In this document: piece by piece, positions 42,748 through 51,747 of the stretch
Layout of the letters: the number at the start of each line of letters is the position of its first letter
How positions within the stretch are numbered: the first letter of the stretch is position 1
Origin: an uncultured delta proteobacterium
GTDB taxonomy: Bacteria; Myxococcota_A; Polyangia; Polyangiales; Polyangiaceae
DNA length: 64,000 nucleotides
Assembly (NCBI GenBank): GCA_963782055.1
Contig: CAWAIF010000003.1
Coordinates: forward strand, 3,008,001 to 3,072,000
Reading direction: 5' to 3'
Program-made: the position numbers and the translations under genes
The notes under the pieces: model-generated
Told to the model about the DNA's origin: nothing
Seen by the model: the letters and a program-made list of their open reading frames with translations, nothing else
The model's database searches: none

Positions 42748-44297
42748 AGCGCGCGGTCGTGCTCCTCGGCGCCATGGTGGCGATCGCCTCCGCGATCGTC
42801 CCGGCGGAGGCGCGCGCCACCGGCTTCACCGACATCGGCCAGGACATCACCCCCCGCGACAAGTTCGAGGCGAAGCTGGACGGCTACCTGCGCGCGCGCG
42901 GGGAGGGCCTCTACAACCTGGACCTGGACCGGGGGCTGCTGCCCGACGGTCAGCCGCTGTTCCCGGTGCCCCTCGGCAACCCGAAGGGGCAGTGGCTCAC
43001 CCACGCCGACATGCGCCTCCGCACCGACCTCTCGGTGTACGCGCCGGGCGGCGGCGTCGCGGTGAAGGTGCGGCTGGACACGCTGGACAACGAGGCGCTC
43101 GGCTCCATGCCGGAGGGCCTGCCGTACGCCTCGCTCACGCAGCGGCCGGAGGGCGCCCTCTTCTCCCTGCGCCGCGCGTACGGCGAGGCGCTCACGCCCT
43201 TCGGCCTCATCGCCGTCGGCCGGATGGGCAACGACTGGGGCCTGGGCATGTACGAGAACGGAGGCGACTGCATCGACTGCGACGCCGGCGACTCGGTCGA
43301 CCGCGTGGCCTTCCTCACGCCGCTCTTCGGTCACGTCTTCGCGGTGGCCTACGACTACTCCGCGACGCTCGCGCTGGCGCCGCGCGCCGACAACCGCACC
43401 ATCTCCATCGCGCCCTTCTCCAACGTGCGCTCGGTCACCTTCGCCGGGCTGCACTTCGAGACCGACCTGGCGCGGGAGCGGCGCCGGAAGGCGGGCAAGA
43501 CGACGCTGGAGTACGGGCTGCTCGGGTCGTACCGCTGGCAGGACGGCGACGTGCCGGCCGCGTACCTGCCCACCCCGGCGAACGGCCCGGTGGCCCTGGA
43601 CCCCGCGCAGGTCATGGGGCGCGGCGCGAAGGGCTGGGTGGTCGATGGATGGGCGCGCCTGACGCACCCTGCGTTTCACGTGGCCGCGGAGGCGGCGTAC
43701 GCGGGCGGCCAGGTCGACGACGCGTCGCTCGTCCCCGGCGTCCTCTCGCGGCGGCCCATCCGGTCGACCCAGCTCGGCCTCGCGCTGGAGTCGGAGGTGG
43801 GCGGGCCGACCTCGCCCTTCGGCGTCGGCCTGGACGCCGGCTACGCCTCCGGCGACCCGGGCGCGACCCTCGGCGCGGTGCCGGTGCCGCCCCCCGGCGA
43901 TCGCATCGACTCCTTCCGCTTCCACCCCGACTATCACATCGACCGCATCCTCTTCCGGGAGATCGTGGGCACCGTCACCGGCGCCTTCTACCTCCGGCCG
44001 CACGCGCGCGCGCGGCTCTTCAAGGTCGCGACCGGCGAGCTGCGCGCCGACGTGGCGGTCGTCGCCTCCTTCGCCGCCGCGGACGACTGGTCCCCCAGCG
44101 GTGACCGCGGCCTGGGCGTGGAGGTGGACCCCGGCCTCACCTACCACAGCCGCGACGGCTTCTTCGTCGCCCTGGACTACGGCGTGCTCTTCCCGCTCTC
44201 CGGCATGGATAACCCGGCCGCCGGGCTGAAGGCGCAGCTCGCCGAGTCCATCCGCCTGCGCCTCGCCTTCCTCTTCGGCGGGGGGAGGAGCTCCTGA
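42744..44297 (+). CDS. Outer-membrane beta-barrel protein, TIGR04551-like
   Basis: GTGA overlap; signal peptide; GYLRAR, GRMGNDWGLGM...GDCIDCD.GD.VDR, FRFHPDYHIDRILFREI; alternating strands ending LRLAFLF. Confidence 0.78.
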   Translation: MKRAVVLLGAMVAIASAIVPAEARATGFTDIGQDITPRDKFEAKLDGYLRARGEGLYNLDLDRGLLPDGQPLFPVPLGNPKGQWLTHADMRLRTDLSVYAPGGGVAVKVRLDTLDNEALGSMPEGLPYASLTQRPEGALFSLRRAYGEALTPFGLIAVGRMGNDWGLGMYENGGDCIDCDAGDSVDRVAFLTPLFGHVFAVAYDYSATLALAPRADNRTISIAPFSNVRSVTFAGLHFETDLARERRRKAGKTTLEYGLLGSYRWQDGDVPAAYLPTPANGPVALDPAQVMGRGAKGWVVDGWARLTHPAFHVAAEAAYAGGQVDDASLVPGVLSRRPIRSTQLGLALESEVGGPTSPFGVGLDAGYASGDPGATLGAVPVPPPGDRIDSFRFHPDYHIDRILFREIVGTVTGAFYLRPHARARLFKVATGELRADVAVVASFAAADDWSPSGDRGLGVEVDPGLTYHSRDGFFVALDYGVLFPLSGMDNPAAGLKAQLAESIRLRLAFLFGGGRSS

Positions 44298-45145
44298 TGT
44301 TGCATCGCACCATTGCGCTCGCGCTGCTCGCCCTGGCTGGCGTCGCCGTCGGCTGCGGGGACAACCGCACGCCGCAGCCGACACACCCCGACTACGACGC
44401 CGGCGGCCTGCCGCAGCTCTCCTGCATCCCCAACCTGGACGGCCGCATCGACGCCGACGAGCTCGGCCCGGCGCTCGGCGTGCCGGTGCACTACCTGGTG
44501 TCGCCCTCCGGCAAGACGCGCGCGGTGGACCTCGCGGGGAGCGTCGACGCCCAGGGGCACACGGTGTGGGACTTCGGCGCGGACTACGCCGACAATCAGG
44601 TGGCGACGATCGAGGCCTCCTCGGTCTCCGGCAAGTGGTACGCGGGCAGCTTCCCCGGGGCGACCTTCGTCGCGCCGGTGGACGCGGGCGACACCCTCGA
44701 GGGCGCCTACACCTACTCGCAGGCGGGGGTCACCCTGCGCGGCATCGCCTCGCGCGATCCCGACGGCCCCGGCGGCAAGACGCTCCTCGTCTACGACCAG
44801 CCGGTCACCGTCTACCGCTTCCCCATCGTGGTCGGCGACTCCTACGTCTCGGTGGGCAACGTCACCGGCGGCACGCTACGAGGTCTGCCCTACGCCGGCA
44901 AGGACACCTACCAGGTCTCGGTGGACGGCTCCGGCGAGGTGACCCTCCACGACTACGACTTCACCCAGGCGCTGCGCGTGCGCACCACCGCGACGGTCGA
45001 GCCCTCCGCGGGCGCGGCCGTCGTCACGCGGCAGACGTCCTTCCTCTTCGAGTGCTTCGGCGAGATCGTCCGCGCGACGAGCCAGCCGGGGGAGACGAGC
45101 GACGACTTCACCACCGCCGCCGAGCTGCGGCGGCTGGGGCAGTGA
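44297..45145 (+). CDS. Beta-rich lipoprotein (paralogue of 40796-41746)
   Basis: TGATG overlap; AVGC lipobox; [41 protein letters not shown]. Confidence 0.82.
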   Translation: MLHRTIALALLALAGVAVGCGDNRTPQPTHPDYDAGGLPQLSCIPNLDGRIDADELGPALGVPVHYLVSPSGKTRAVDLAGSVDAQGHTVWDFGADYADNQVATIEASSVSGKWYAGSFPGATFVAPVDAGDTLEGAYTYSQAGVTLRGIASRDPDGPGGKTLLVYDQPVTVYRFPIVVGDSYVSVGNVTGGTLRGLPYAGKDTYQVSVDGSGEVTLHDYDFTQALRVRTTATVEPSAGAAVVTRQTSFLFECFGEIVRATSQPGETSDDFTTAAELRRLGQ

Positions 45146-45168
45146 CCAGGCAGTGGACGGAGGCAGCC

Positions 45169-45441
45169 ATGTTCGATCAGTTCAAGAAGGGGTTCGACGC
45201 GTGGGAGATCGCCACGGCCAAGGTCGTGGAGGCGTGGATGAAGAGCCCGCTGGTGCTCAAGCCGTCCGGCGCCATGCTGACGAGCCTGATGCGCATGAAG
45301 GCGGCGAGCGACAGCGCCGCGGCGATGTGGTGGGCCTCGCTCGGCCTGCCCACCAAGCGCGATCAGGAGCGCACGCTCCACGCGCTGCACAAGCTGGAGA
45401 GCCGGCTCAACAATCTCGAGGACAAGCTCGAGGACAGGTGA
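45169..45441 (+). CDS. phaE: Miniature PhaE-like PHA synthase accessory subunit (90 aa)
   Basis: [35 protein letters not shown] matches the PhaE C-terminal LPT coiled-coil pattern; lies in the phaC operon. Confidence 0.7.
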   Translation: MFDQFKKGFDAWEIATAKVVEAWMKSPLVLKPSGAMLTSLMRMKAASDSAAAMWWASLGLPTKRDQERTLHALHKLESRLNNLEDKLEDR

Positions 45442-45467
45442 CCCGCGCGCGGGTGGGAGAAGAGAAG

Positions 45468-47171
45468 ATGGACGTCTCCAGGTACATGGATCTCCAGATC
45501 GCGCCGCGCGCGGTCTTCGACGCGCTCGAGGAGCGCAAGGACCGGCCGCGCTTCTTCCTGCGCGACGCCGGAGGCAGGTGGTCGCCGGTCACGTGGCAGG
45601 ACTTCGCCGACCAGGTGCGCGACGCCGCGCTCTTGCTGGCGAGCGCCGGGCTGAAGAGCGGCGACCGCGCCGCGGTCTTCGCGCCCAACCGGGTGGAGTG
45701 GGCCGCCGCCGCGCTCGGCATCCAGGCCGCCGGCGGCGTGATGGTGCCCGTCTATGCGGCGAGCACCGCCGAGCAGCTCGCCTACGTGCTCGGCCACTCC
45801 GACGCGCGCGTCCTCTTCGTCGACACGCCGGCGCTCCTCTCCCGCGTGCTGGAGGCGTGGCCGGGGCTGCCGTCGCTGGAGCGCGTGGTCGTGCTGTCCG
45901 ACGGCGTGGACCCGAAGCGCGTCGCGCAGAAGCTCCGGGAGGCGGGCAAGCCCGCGCCCGCCGACGCGCAGATCGAGGAGCGCGTGCTCGGCTGGTCCGC
46001 CGCGCGCGCCATCGGCGCCGCGCGCCACGCCGCCGACCCCGGCGAGCTCGCGCGCCGGATGGACGCGGTGACGCTCGATCAGATCGGCCTGATGCTCTAC
46101 ACGAGCGGCACCACCGGCAACCCGAAGGGCGTGCCGCTGTCGCACGCCAACGTGGCGCACAACGGTCGGGACTGGCTGACGTGCAACGCGCCGCTCCTGG
46201 AGGAGGGCGCGGTGGACGTGCTCTGGCTGCCCATGAGCCACATCTTCGGCTTCGGAGAGATGTGTCTGGGCAACACGCTGGGGTGGGTCTCCTACATGAG
46301 CGACCCCCGCGAGGTGCTCGATCGCCTGCCGGAGGTGCGGCCGCAGGTCTTCATGAGCGTGCCCTCGCACTGGGAGAAGATCGCCTCCGGCGCGCTCGGC
46401 GAGCCCGACGCGAGCAAGCGCAAGGCCGCCATCACCGAGGCGACCGGCGGCCGCCTGCGCTTCTGCCTCTCCGGCGGCGCGGGCCTCAAGCGCCAGGTGA
46501 AGGAGGTCTTCCACGAGAGCGGCGTGCTCATCATCGAGGGCTACGGGCTGACCGAGACGTCCCCCACGCTCACCCTCAACCGCCCCGACGCCTACCGCTT
46601 CGACAGCGTGGGCAAGCCGCTCCCCAGCGTGGAGCTGAAGCTCGCCGAGGACGGGGAGATCCTCGCCCGCGGCCCCAACGTCTTCGGCGGGTACCACAAG
46701 GACGAGGCGGCGACGCGCGAGATCTTCACCGCCGACGGCTGGCTGAAGACGGGCGACGTCGGCCGGTGGACGGAGGACGGCTTTTTGCAGATCGTCGACC
46801 GCAAGAAGGACATCCTGGTCACCGCCGGCGGCAAGAACGTGCCGCCCGCCAACATCGAGATGCGCTTCGCCGGGGACCCGCTCATCGCTCACGTGGTGGT
46901 CTACGGCGACGGGGAGAAGTACCTGGTCGCCGGCCTCTGGCCGAACGAGGACGCCGCCCGCGCGATGAGCGAGGACGAGGTGAAGAAGGCCCTCGGCGAG
47001 CGGGTGGAGCGCGTCAACCGCGAGCTGCCCAGCTACGAGACCATCAAGCGCTTCGCCGTCGTGCGCACGCCGCTCAGCGTGGAGGCGGGCACGCTGACCG
47101 CGTCGCTCAAGGTGCGCCGCAAGAAGATCTACGAGACCTTCCGCGACGTCTTCCGCGGCCTGTACGCGTGA
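45468..47171 (+). CDS. Long-chain fatty acid-CoA ligase (FadD/ACSL-like)
   Basis: [49 protein letters not shown]. Confidence 0.93.
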   Translation: MDVSRYMDLQIAPRAVFDALEERKDRPRFFLRDAGGRWSPVTWQDFADQVRDAALLLASAGLKSGDRAAVFAPNRVEWAAAALGIQAAGGVMVPVYAASTAEQLAYVLGHSDARVLFVDTPALLSRVLEAWPGLPSLERVVVLSDGVDPKRVAQKLREAGKPAPADAQIEERVLGWSAARAIGAARHAADPGELARRMDAVTLDQIGLMLYTSGTTGNPKGVPLSHANVAHNGRDWLTCNAPLLEEGAVDVLWLPMSHIFGFGEMCLGNTLGWVSYMSDPREVLDRLPEVRPQVFMSVPSHWEKIASGALGEPDASKRKAAITEATGGRLRFCLSGGAGLKRQVKEVFHESGVLIIEGYGLTETSPTLTLNRPDAYRFDSVGKPLPSVELKLAEDGEILARGPNVFGGYHKDEAATREIFTADGWLKTGDVGRWTEDGFLQIVDRKKDILVTAGGKNVPPANIEMRFAGDPLIAHVVVYGDGEKYLVAGLWPNEDAARAMSEDEVKKALGERVERVNRELPSYETIKRFAVVRTPLSVEAGTLTASLKVRRKKIYETFRDVFRGLYA

Positions 47172-47176
47172 GCGCG

Positions 47177-48241
47177 ATGGAAGCGCGGCGCGGCATCAAG
47201 CGGCTCTTCAACCTGGCGGCGCTCCCGGCGCGCGGCAAGCCGCTCGTCGGGCGGACGCCGGCGGACGTCGTCTTCTCGGAGAACAAGTGGCGCCTGCTCC
47301 GCTACCGCGCGCGGGCGGAGGGGCTCGCCCACCCGCTGCCGGTGCTGCTGGTGCCCTCCCTCATCAACCGCCACTACGTCCTCGACCTCATGCCGGGCAA
47401 GAGCTTCGTGCAATCCCTGGTCGCGCAGGGCTACGACGTCTACTGCATCGACTGGGGCACGCCGGGGGACGAGGACCGCTACGTCACCTTCGACGACGTG
47501 TGCGACGGCGTCATCGGCCGCGCCATCCGCCGGGCGGCGCGCACCTCCGGCGCGCCCAAGGTGCACCTGCTCGGCTACTGCCTGGGCGGGACGCTCACCG
47601 CCATCCATGCTGCGGTGCACGAGGAGCGCATCGCCTCGATGGTCGTGCTCGCGGCGCCGGTGCGCTTCGACCAGGACGGCCTGCTGGAGGCCTGGACGCG
47701 CACCCCCACCTTCGACGTGCGCGCGCTCGTGCGCGGGGCGGGCAACGTGCCGTGGCAGCTCATGCAGGGCGCCTTCCAGATGCTGCGCCCGACGCTCGGC
47801 CTGTCGAAGGCGGTGCACATGGTGGACCGCGCGTGGGACGACGAGTTCCTGGACGGCTTCTTCGCGCTGGAGACGTGGGGCAACGACAACGTGTCCTTCC
47901 CCGGTGAGTGCTACGTCCGCTACATCGAGGAGCTGTACCGCGGCGACGCGCTGGCGAAGGGGACCTTCACCCTGAGCGGCAAGCCGGCGCGGCTGGAGAA
48001 CCTCACCTGCCCGCTGCTGGTGGTGTCCTTCCAGCACGACAACATCGTGCCGGAGGGCGCGGCGGCGGCGCTGGTGGAGATGGCCGGGTCGAAGGACAAG
48101 CGGCACCTGCGACTGCCCGGTGGGCACGTGGGGGCGGTGGTGTCGCGGTCGGCGAGCCAGCGGCTCTGGCCGGTGATCGAGGGGTTCTTCGCGGAGCACG
48201 AGGGGGCGCGGGGTTGCGTCCCGAACGCCACCTCCTCATGA
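47177..48241 (+). CDS. phaC: Class III-like PHA synthase PhaC (alternative start GTG 47168)
   Basis: GRTPADVV, PVLLVPSLINRHYVLDL, IDWG, GYCLGG (catalytic Cys), HDNIV (Asp), GGHVG (His); about 355 aa. Confidence 0.9.
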   Translation: MEARRGIKRLFNLAALPARGKPLVGRTPADVVFSENKWRLLRYRARAEGLAHPLPVLLVPSLINRHYVLDLMPGKSFVQSLVAQGYDVYCIDWGTPGDEDRYVTFDDVCDGVIGRAIRRAARTSGAPKVHLLGYCLGGTLTAIHAAVHEERIASMVVLAAPVRFDQDGLLEAWTRTPTFDVRALVRGAGNVPWQLMQGAFQMLRPTLGLSKAVHMVDRAWDDEFLDGFFALETWGNDNVSFPGECYVRYIEELYRGDALAKGTFTLSGKPARLENLTCPLLVVSFQHDNIVPEGAAAALVEMAGSKDKRHLRLPGGHVGAVVSRSASQRLWPVIEGFFAEHEGARGCVPNATSS

Positions 48242-48248
48242 TGCCCGG

Positions 48249-49526
48249 GTGCTGCTCCGCGTCGTGCTGGTGATCCCTCTCTGCGCCTGCCTCGCGGGTT
48301 GCCCGAAGCATTCGCTGGCTGCCGCGAAGACGGACGGCGGCGGCCTCGCAGACGCGGGGATGGACGCGCCGACGGGGTCCGCACGAGCCGCCGCATCGAG
48401 CGCAGAGAGCTCGCCCCGGCCGAAGGCCCCGACCGTTGCGAAGGCCCCGCTGTCGCCGGCCGAGCGCAAGGCCGTGCTCGCGGCGCTCGGCGCCGGCCGC
48501 AAGAAGTCACTGGCGAAGGACTACGAGGGGGCGCTCGTCGCCTACGACCGCGCGCTCGCGATCGCGCCCGACGACGCGACGGTGCTGGCCGAGGTCGGCT
48601 GGGCCGCCCTTCAATCGGGTGACCTGGCGCGCGCCGAGGACGCCAACAGACGCGCCCTCCTCCACGCGCTCGACCCGAAGCTGCGCGCGCAGATCCTCTA
48701 CAACGCGGGTCGCGTCGCCGAGGCGAAGTCCGACCCGGCGGCGGCGCGGACGGCCTACGCCGCGTCGCTCGCGCTGCGCGAGAACGCGGCGGTCCGGCGG
48801 CGCCTCGCGGCCGTGTCGGCGTCGAAGACCGGGTCGGGCGAGGCATCGCCGTCCCTTCCGTGTGCGGCCGGGGCCGCCACGTCGAAGGCGCTCTGCGACT
48901 GCTTGATGGCGAAAAAGGATGATCTCGAGGCGATGACCCGCCTTCCGGGGGACGCGCCGACGTGCACCACCGTCCCCGCGTCCCTCGGGACCCCGCGGCT
49001 CGCGGTGATTCGCTGGGGCGCAGCGAGCGGCGGCGAGAGCCGCTACCTCCTCGCGGCGCGCGATGGCTCGACGCTCCGACCCGTCGCCGATCTCGGCAGG
49101 GACTACGAGCCGGGTGTGTTCGGCGTCACCGACACGGCGACGATCGAGGGCGGCGTGACGCGCACGCTCGGCGCCCGCACGGTGCATGTCGTCCACTCCG
49201 CGCAGCACGACGTCGACACCAACATGGCCGGCCTGGAGGCGTGCTTCCACGACGTCGAGCGCGAGACGGTCTGCGCGCTCGCGGGCGCCGGCGGCACGAC
49301 GCGCTGCCAGACGGTCGACGTGAAGACGACGTCCGGCTGCGGGCCGGGCGTCGTCGACCCCGACCTCGACCCCGACACGAAGGCCGCCCTCGACGAGAGG
49401 AAGAAGGACTGGGGCACCAAGACCTCCGGGCGCGCGTGGTCGCTCGACGCCGACGGGGCCCTCGTGGTCAAGGAGGCCGGAGCTGGAGGCAAGACCGTGT
49501 CGAAGACCCCGCTCTTCGATCGGTAG
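48249..49526 (+). CDS. TPR-containing Cys-rich lipoprotein
   Basis: LAGC lipobox; TPR helices (AEVGWAALQSGD, ILYNAGRVAE). Confidence 0.72.
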   Translation: MLLRVVLVIPLCACLAGCPKHSLAAAKTDGGGLADAGMDAPTGSARAAASSAESSPRPKAPTVAKAPLSPAERKAVLAALGAGRKKSLAKDYEGALVAYDRALAIAPDDATVLAEVGWAALQSGDLARAEDANRRALLHALDPKLRAQILYNAGRVAEAKSDPAAARTAYAASLALRENAAVRRRLAAVSASKTGSGEASPSLPCAAGAATSKALCDCLMAKKDDLEAMTRLPGDAPTCTTVPASLGTPRLAVIRWGAASGGESRYLLAARDGSTLRPVADLGRDYEPGVFGVTDTATIEGGVTRTLGARTVHVVHSAQHDVDTNMAGLEACFHDVERETVCALAGAGGTTRCQTVDVKTTSGCGPGVVDPDLDPDTKAALDERKKDWGTKTSGRAWSLDADGALVVKEAGAGGKTVSKTPLFDR

Positions 49527-49575
49527 CGTGGACACGACGCGCTGCCCGATACGCGTCGGCTCGTTGCCCGCGCCC

Positions 49576-49604
49576 CGCTCCTCTCTCCACCAGAGAGAGG
49601 AGCG
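49576..49604. terminator. Hairpin between convergent genes (possible bidirectional terminator or REP-like element)
   Basis: CGCTCCTCTCTC-N5-GAGAGAGGAGCG forms a perfect 12-bp stem; no U-tract. Confidence 0.5.
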
Positions 49605-49620
49605 CCCGGGGGCGTGAGCC

Positions 49621-49869
49621 TCAGCCTGCCTTCTTCATCGCCTCCATCGTCAGCTTGCGCCACTCGGCGGCGAGCTGGCCGGCGTAGGCGAAGGACTCGC
49701 GGGTGAGCCTGGAGACCTCGTCGACCATGGTCGCGGCCTGCTCCACGCCCTGGCCCTCCAGCCTGGCCCACTCCTCGGTGGCTGCCTGGAAGCGAGTCAT
49801 GTTGTCCTCGGTCGCCTTCTTCCAGAAGTCGATCCACTGTTGCGGTGCAGCAAAGACCTGGTTGGACAT
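49621..49869 (-). CDS. phaP: Small phasin-like PHA granule protein
   Basis: 82-aa amphipathic helical protein, AGGAGG RBS, PhaR-type boxes upstream and inside, next to phaC. Confidence 0.7.
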   Translation of the reverse strand: MSNQVFAAPQQWIDFWKKATEDNMTRFQAATEEWARLEGQGVEQAATMVDEVSRLTRESFAYAGQLAAEWRKLTMEAMKKAG

Positions 49870-49891
49870 GGTGTCCTCCTTTTCTCGCCGG

Positions 49892-49941
49892 AAGATAAGC
49901 TCGGCGGCGGAGGCGTCAAGGGATTTTGTTGCGTTGCAACA
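49892..49941 (-). promoter_or_regulatory. Phasin promoter with a PhaR-type box
   Basis: Minus strand TTGACG(49919-49914)-N16-TATCTT(49897-49892); palindrome TGTTGC-GTT-GCAACA at 49927-49941. Confidence 0.78.
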
Positions 49942-49962
49942 TGGGCGGCGCGGGGGGCGGGG

Positions 49963-50733
49963 TCACTCCCGGCGCCAGGCGGGCTTGCGGCGCGCGAAGT
50001 AGGCCTCCACCGCCTCCACGTGGTCGGGGCTCGACCAGGTCCGCACGAAGGCCTCCCGCTCCAGCGGGCGGACGGCGGCGTAGAGGGCCTGGCCCGCGGC
50101 GCGCAGCAGCGCCTTGGTCTCCCGGACGGCGTCGGGGGCGCCGGCGGCGATCTCGGCGCACCATGCGAGCGCCGTGACCATGGCCTCGCCGGGCGCGGTG
50201 CACAGATCCACCAGGCCGAGGGTCCGCGCCTCGGCGCCGGCCACCTCCGCGGCGGTGTAGAGGAGGCGCGCCGCGGCCGACGGGCCGACCAGCGCGACCA
50301 GCCGCGGCAGCAATCCCCACGCCGTCGTCACCCCCATCCGCGCCTGCTTGAAGCTGATGCGCGCCGTCTCGTCGGCCACGCGCAGGTCGCACGCGAGGGC
50401 GAGCTCGGCGCCGCCGCCGAAGGCGACGCCGCAGACCACCGCCACGACGGGGAAGGGGAGCTCGCCCAGCCGGCGGCAGACGTGCTCCCCGGCGTCGGAG
50501 AGGGCCGCGGCGTCGTCGGGGGAGTGGCGGCCGCGCAGCTCGCGCAGGTCCCCGCCGGAGGCGAAGTCGCCGCCCGCGCCGGTGAGGATCGCCGCGCGCA
50601 CGCCGGGGTCGTCCGCGGCGGCATCCATGGCGGCGTTCAGCGCGCCGAGCGTCGCGGCGTCGAGCGCGTTCTTCGTCGCCGGACGGTCGAGCGTCCAGAC
50701 GGCGACGGCGCCGTCACGCTCCTCGCGCAGCAT
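49963..50733 (-). CDS. Enoyl-CoA hydratase/isomerase (crotonase) family protein
   Basis: LDRPATKNAL, FASGGDL, AFGGGAELALACDLR. Confidence 0.9.
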   Translation of the reverse strand: MLREERDGAVAVWTLDRPATKNALDAATLGALNAAMDAAADDPGVRAAILTGAGGDFASGGDLRELRGRHSPDDAAALSDAGEHVCRRLGELPFPVVAVVCGVAFGGGAELALACDLRVADETARISFKQARMGVTTAWGLLPRLVALVGPSAAARLLYTAAEVAGAEARTLGLVDLCTAPGEAMVTALAWCAEIAAGAPDAVRETKALLRAAGQALYAAVRPLEREAFVRTWSSPDHVEAVEAYFARRKPAWRRE

Positions 50734-51688
50734 GGCGCTTTCCGACAGGGAGCCGGCGCGCGCGGCGCTCCGCCTCCAGCACGGGGTCCTTCTTCTGCTG
50801 GCGCCGCCGCCGCCGGCGCAACATCCGCTCGGTGTGGGCGATGATCGCGCCGGCGACGTCCACGCCGCTGGTGCGCTCGATGCCCTCCAGGCCCGGGGAG
50901 CTGTTGATCTCCAGGATCTTCGGGCCGTCCTTGGCCTCCAGCATGTCCACGCCGGCGACCTCCAGGCCCATGACCTTGGCCGCGGCCACCGCCGCCGCCG
51001 CGTAGCGCGTGTCCAGCTTGACGCGGACGCCGGCGCCGCCGCGGTGGAGGTTGGAGCGGAACTCCCCAGCGCGCGCCTGCCGCCGCATCGCCGCGATGAC
51101 GCGGCTGCCCACCACGATGGCGCGCAGGTCGCGCCCGCGCGACTCGGCGATGTACTCCTGCAGGATGATGTCCTGGCCCATGGCCCACAGCGTCTCGAGC
51201 AGGGAGCTCACCGCCTGCGGCGTCTCGGCGATCATGGTGCCGATGCCCTGCGTGCCCTGCTGCAGCTTGACGATGGCGGGCGTGCCGCCCACGAGGCTCA
51301 GCGCGAACTCCACCGCGTCGGGCGTGCGGGCGCAGACGGTGGTGGGCACGTCGATGTCCTTGCGCGTGAGGAGCTGCATCGCGCGGAGCTTGTCGCGCGA
51401 GCGGGCGATGGCGACGGCGGTGTTGAGCACCGGCACGCCCATCATGTCGAACTGCCGCACCACCACCAGGCCATAGTTGGTGATGGAGGCGCCGATGCGC
51501 GGGATGACCATGTCCACCTCCGGCCTGGGCTGATCGCCGAGGTAGAGGGAGGGCCGCCCGCGCGAGACGACGACGTGGAAGTCCAGCGGGTCGGCGACCA
51601 TCACCTCGTGACCGCGCGCCCGCGCGGCCAGCACGAGACGGCTGGTGGAGTAGAGCGTGGCGTTGCGGGAGAGGACGAGGAGTCGCAT
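50714..51688 (-). CDS. rimK: RimK family ATP-grasp alpha-L-glutamate ligase
   Basis: LYSTSRL, IPRIGASIT, SRDKLR, GTQGIG, QEYIAES.GRDLR, EFRSNLHRGG, EINSSPGLEGIE. Confidence 0.93.
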   Translation of the reverse strand: MRLLVLSRNATLYSTSRLVLAARARGHEVMVADPLDFHVVVSRGRPSLYLGDQPRPEVDMVIPRIGASITNYGLVVVRQFDMMGVPVLNTAVAIARSRDKLRAMQLLTRKDIDVPTTVCARTPDAVEFALSLVGGTPAIVKLQQGTQGIGTMIAETPQAVSSLLETLWAMGQDIILQEYIAESRGRDLRAIVVGSRVIAAMRRQARAGEFRSNLHRGGAGVRVKLDTRYAAAAVAAAKVMGLEVAGVDMLEAKDGPKILEINSSPGLEGIERTSGVDVAGAIIAHTERMLRRRRRRQQKKDPVLEAERRARRLPVGKRHAARGA

Positions 51689-51747
51689 CGCGCGGAGGGT
51701 GCAACGTACGGGGCCCGCGTCCCGGGAGCAATCCCCACGCCCACACC

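Noticed and set aside
41559..48241. Very long ORF-track entries (912, 634, 672, 887 aa) suggesting fusions in the PHA operon
   Set aside because: Each is a real gene extended upstream through an off-frame read of its neighbour; true starts have overlapping stop/start codons or RBSs.
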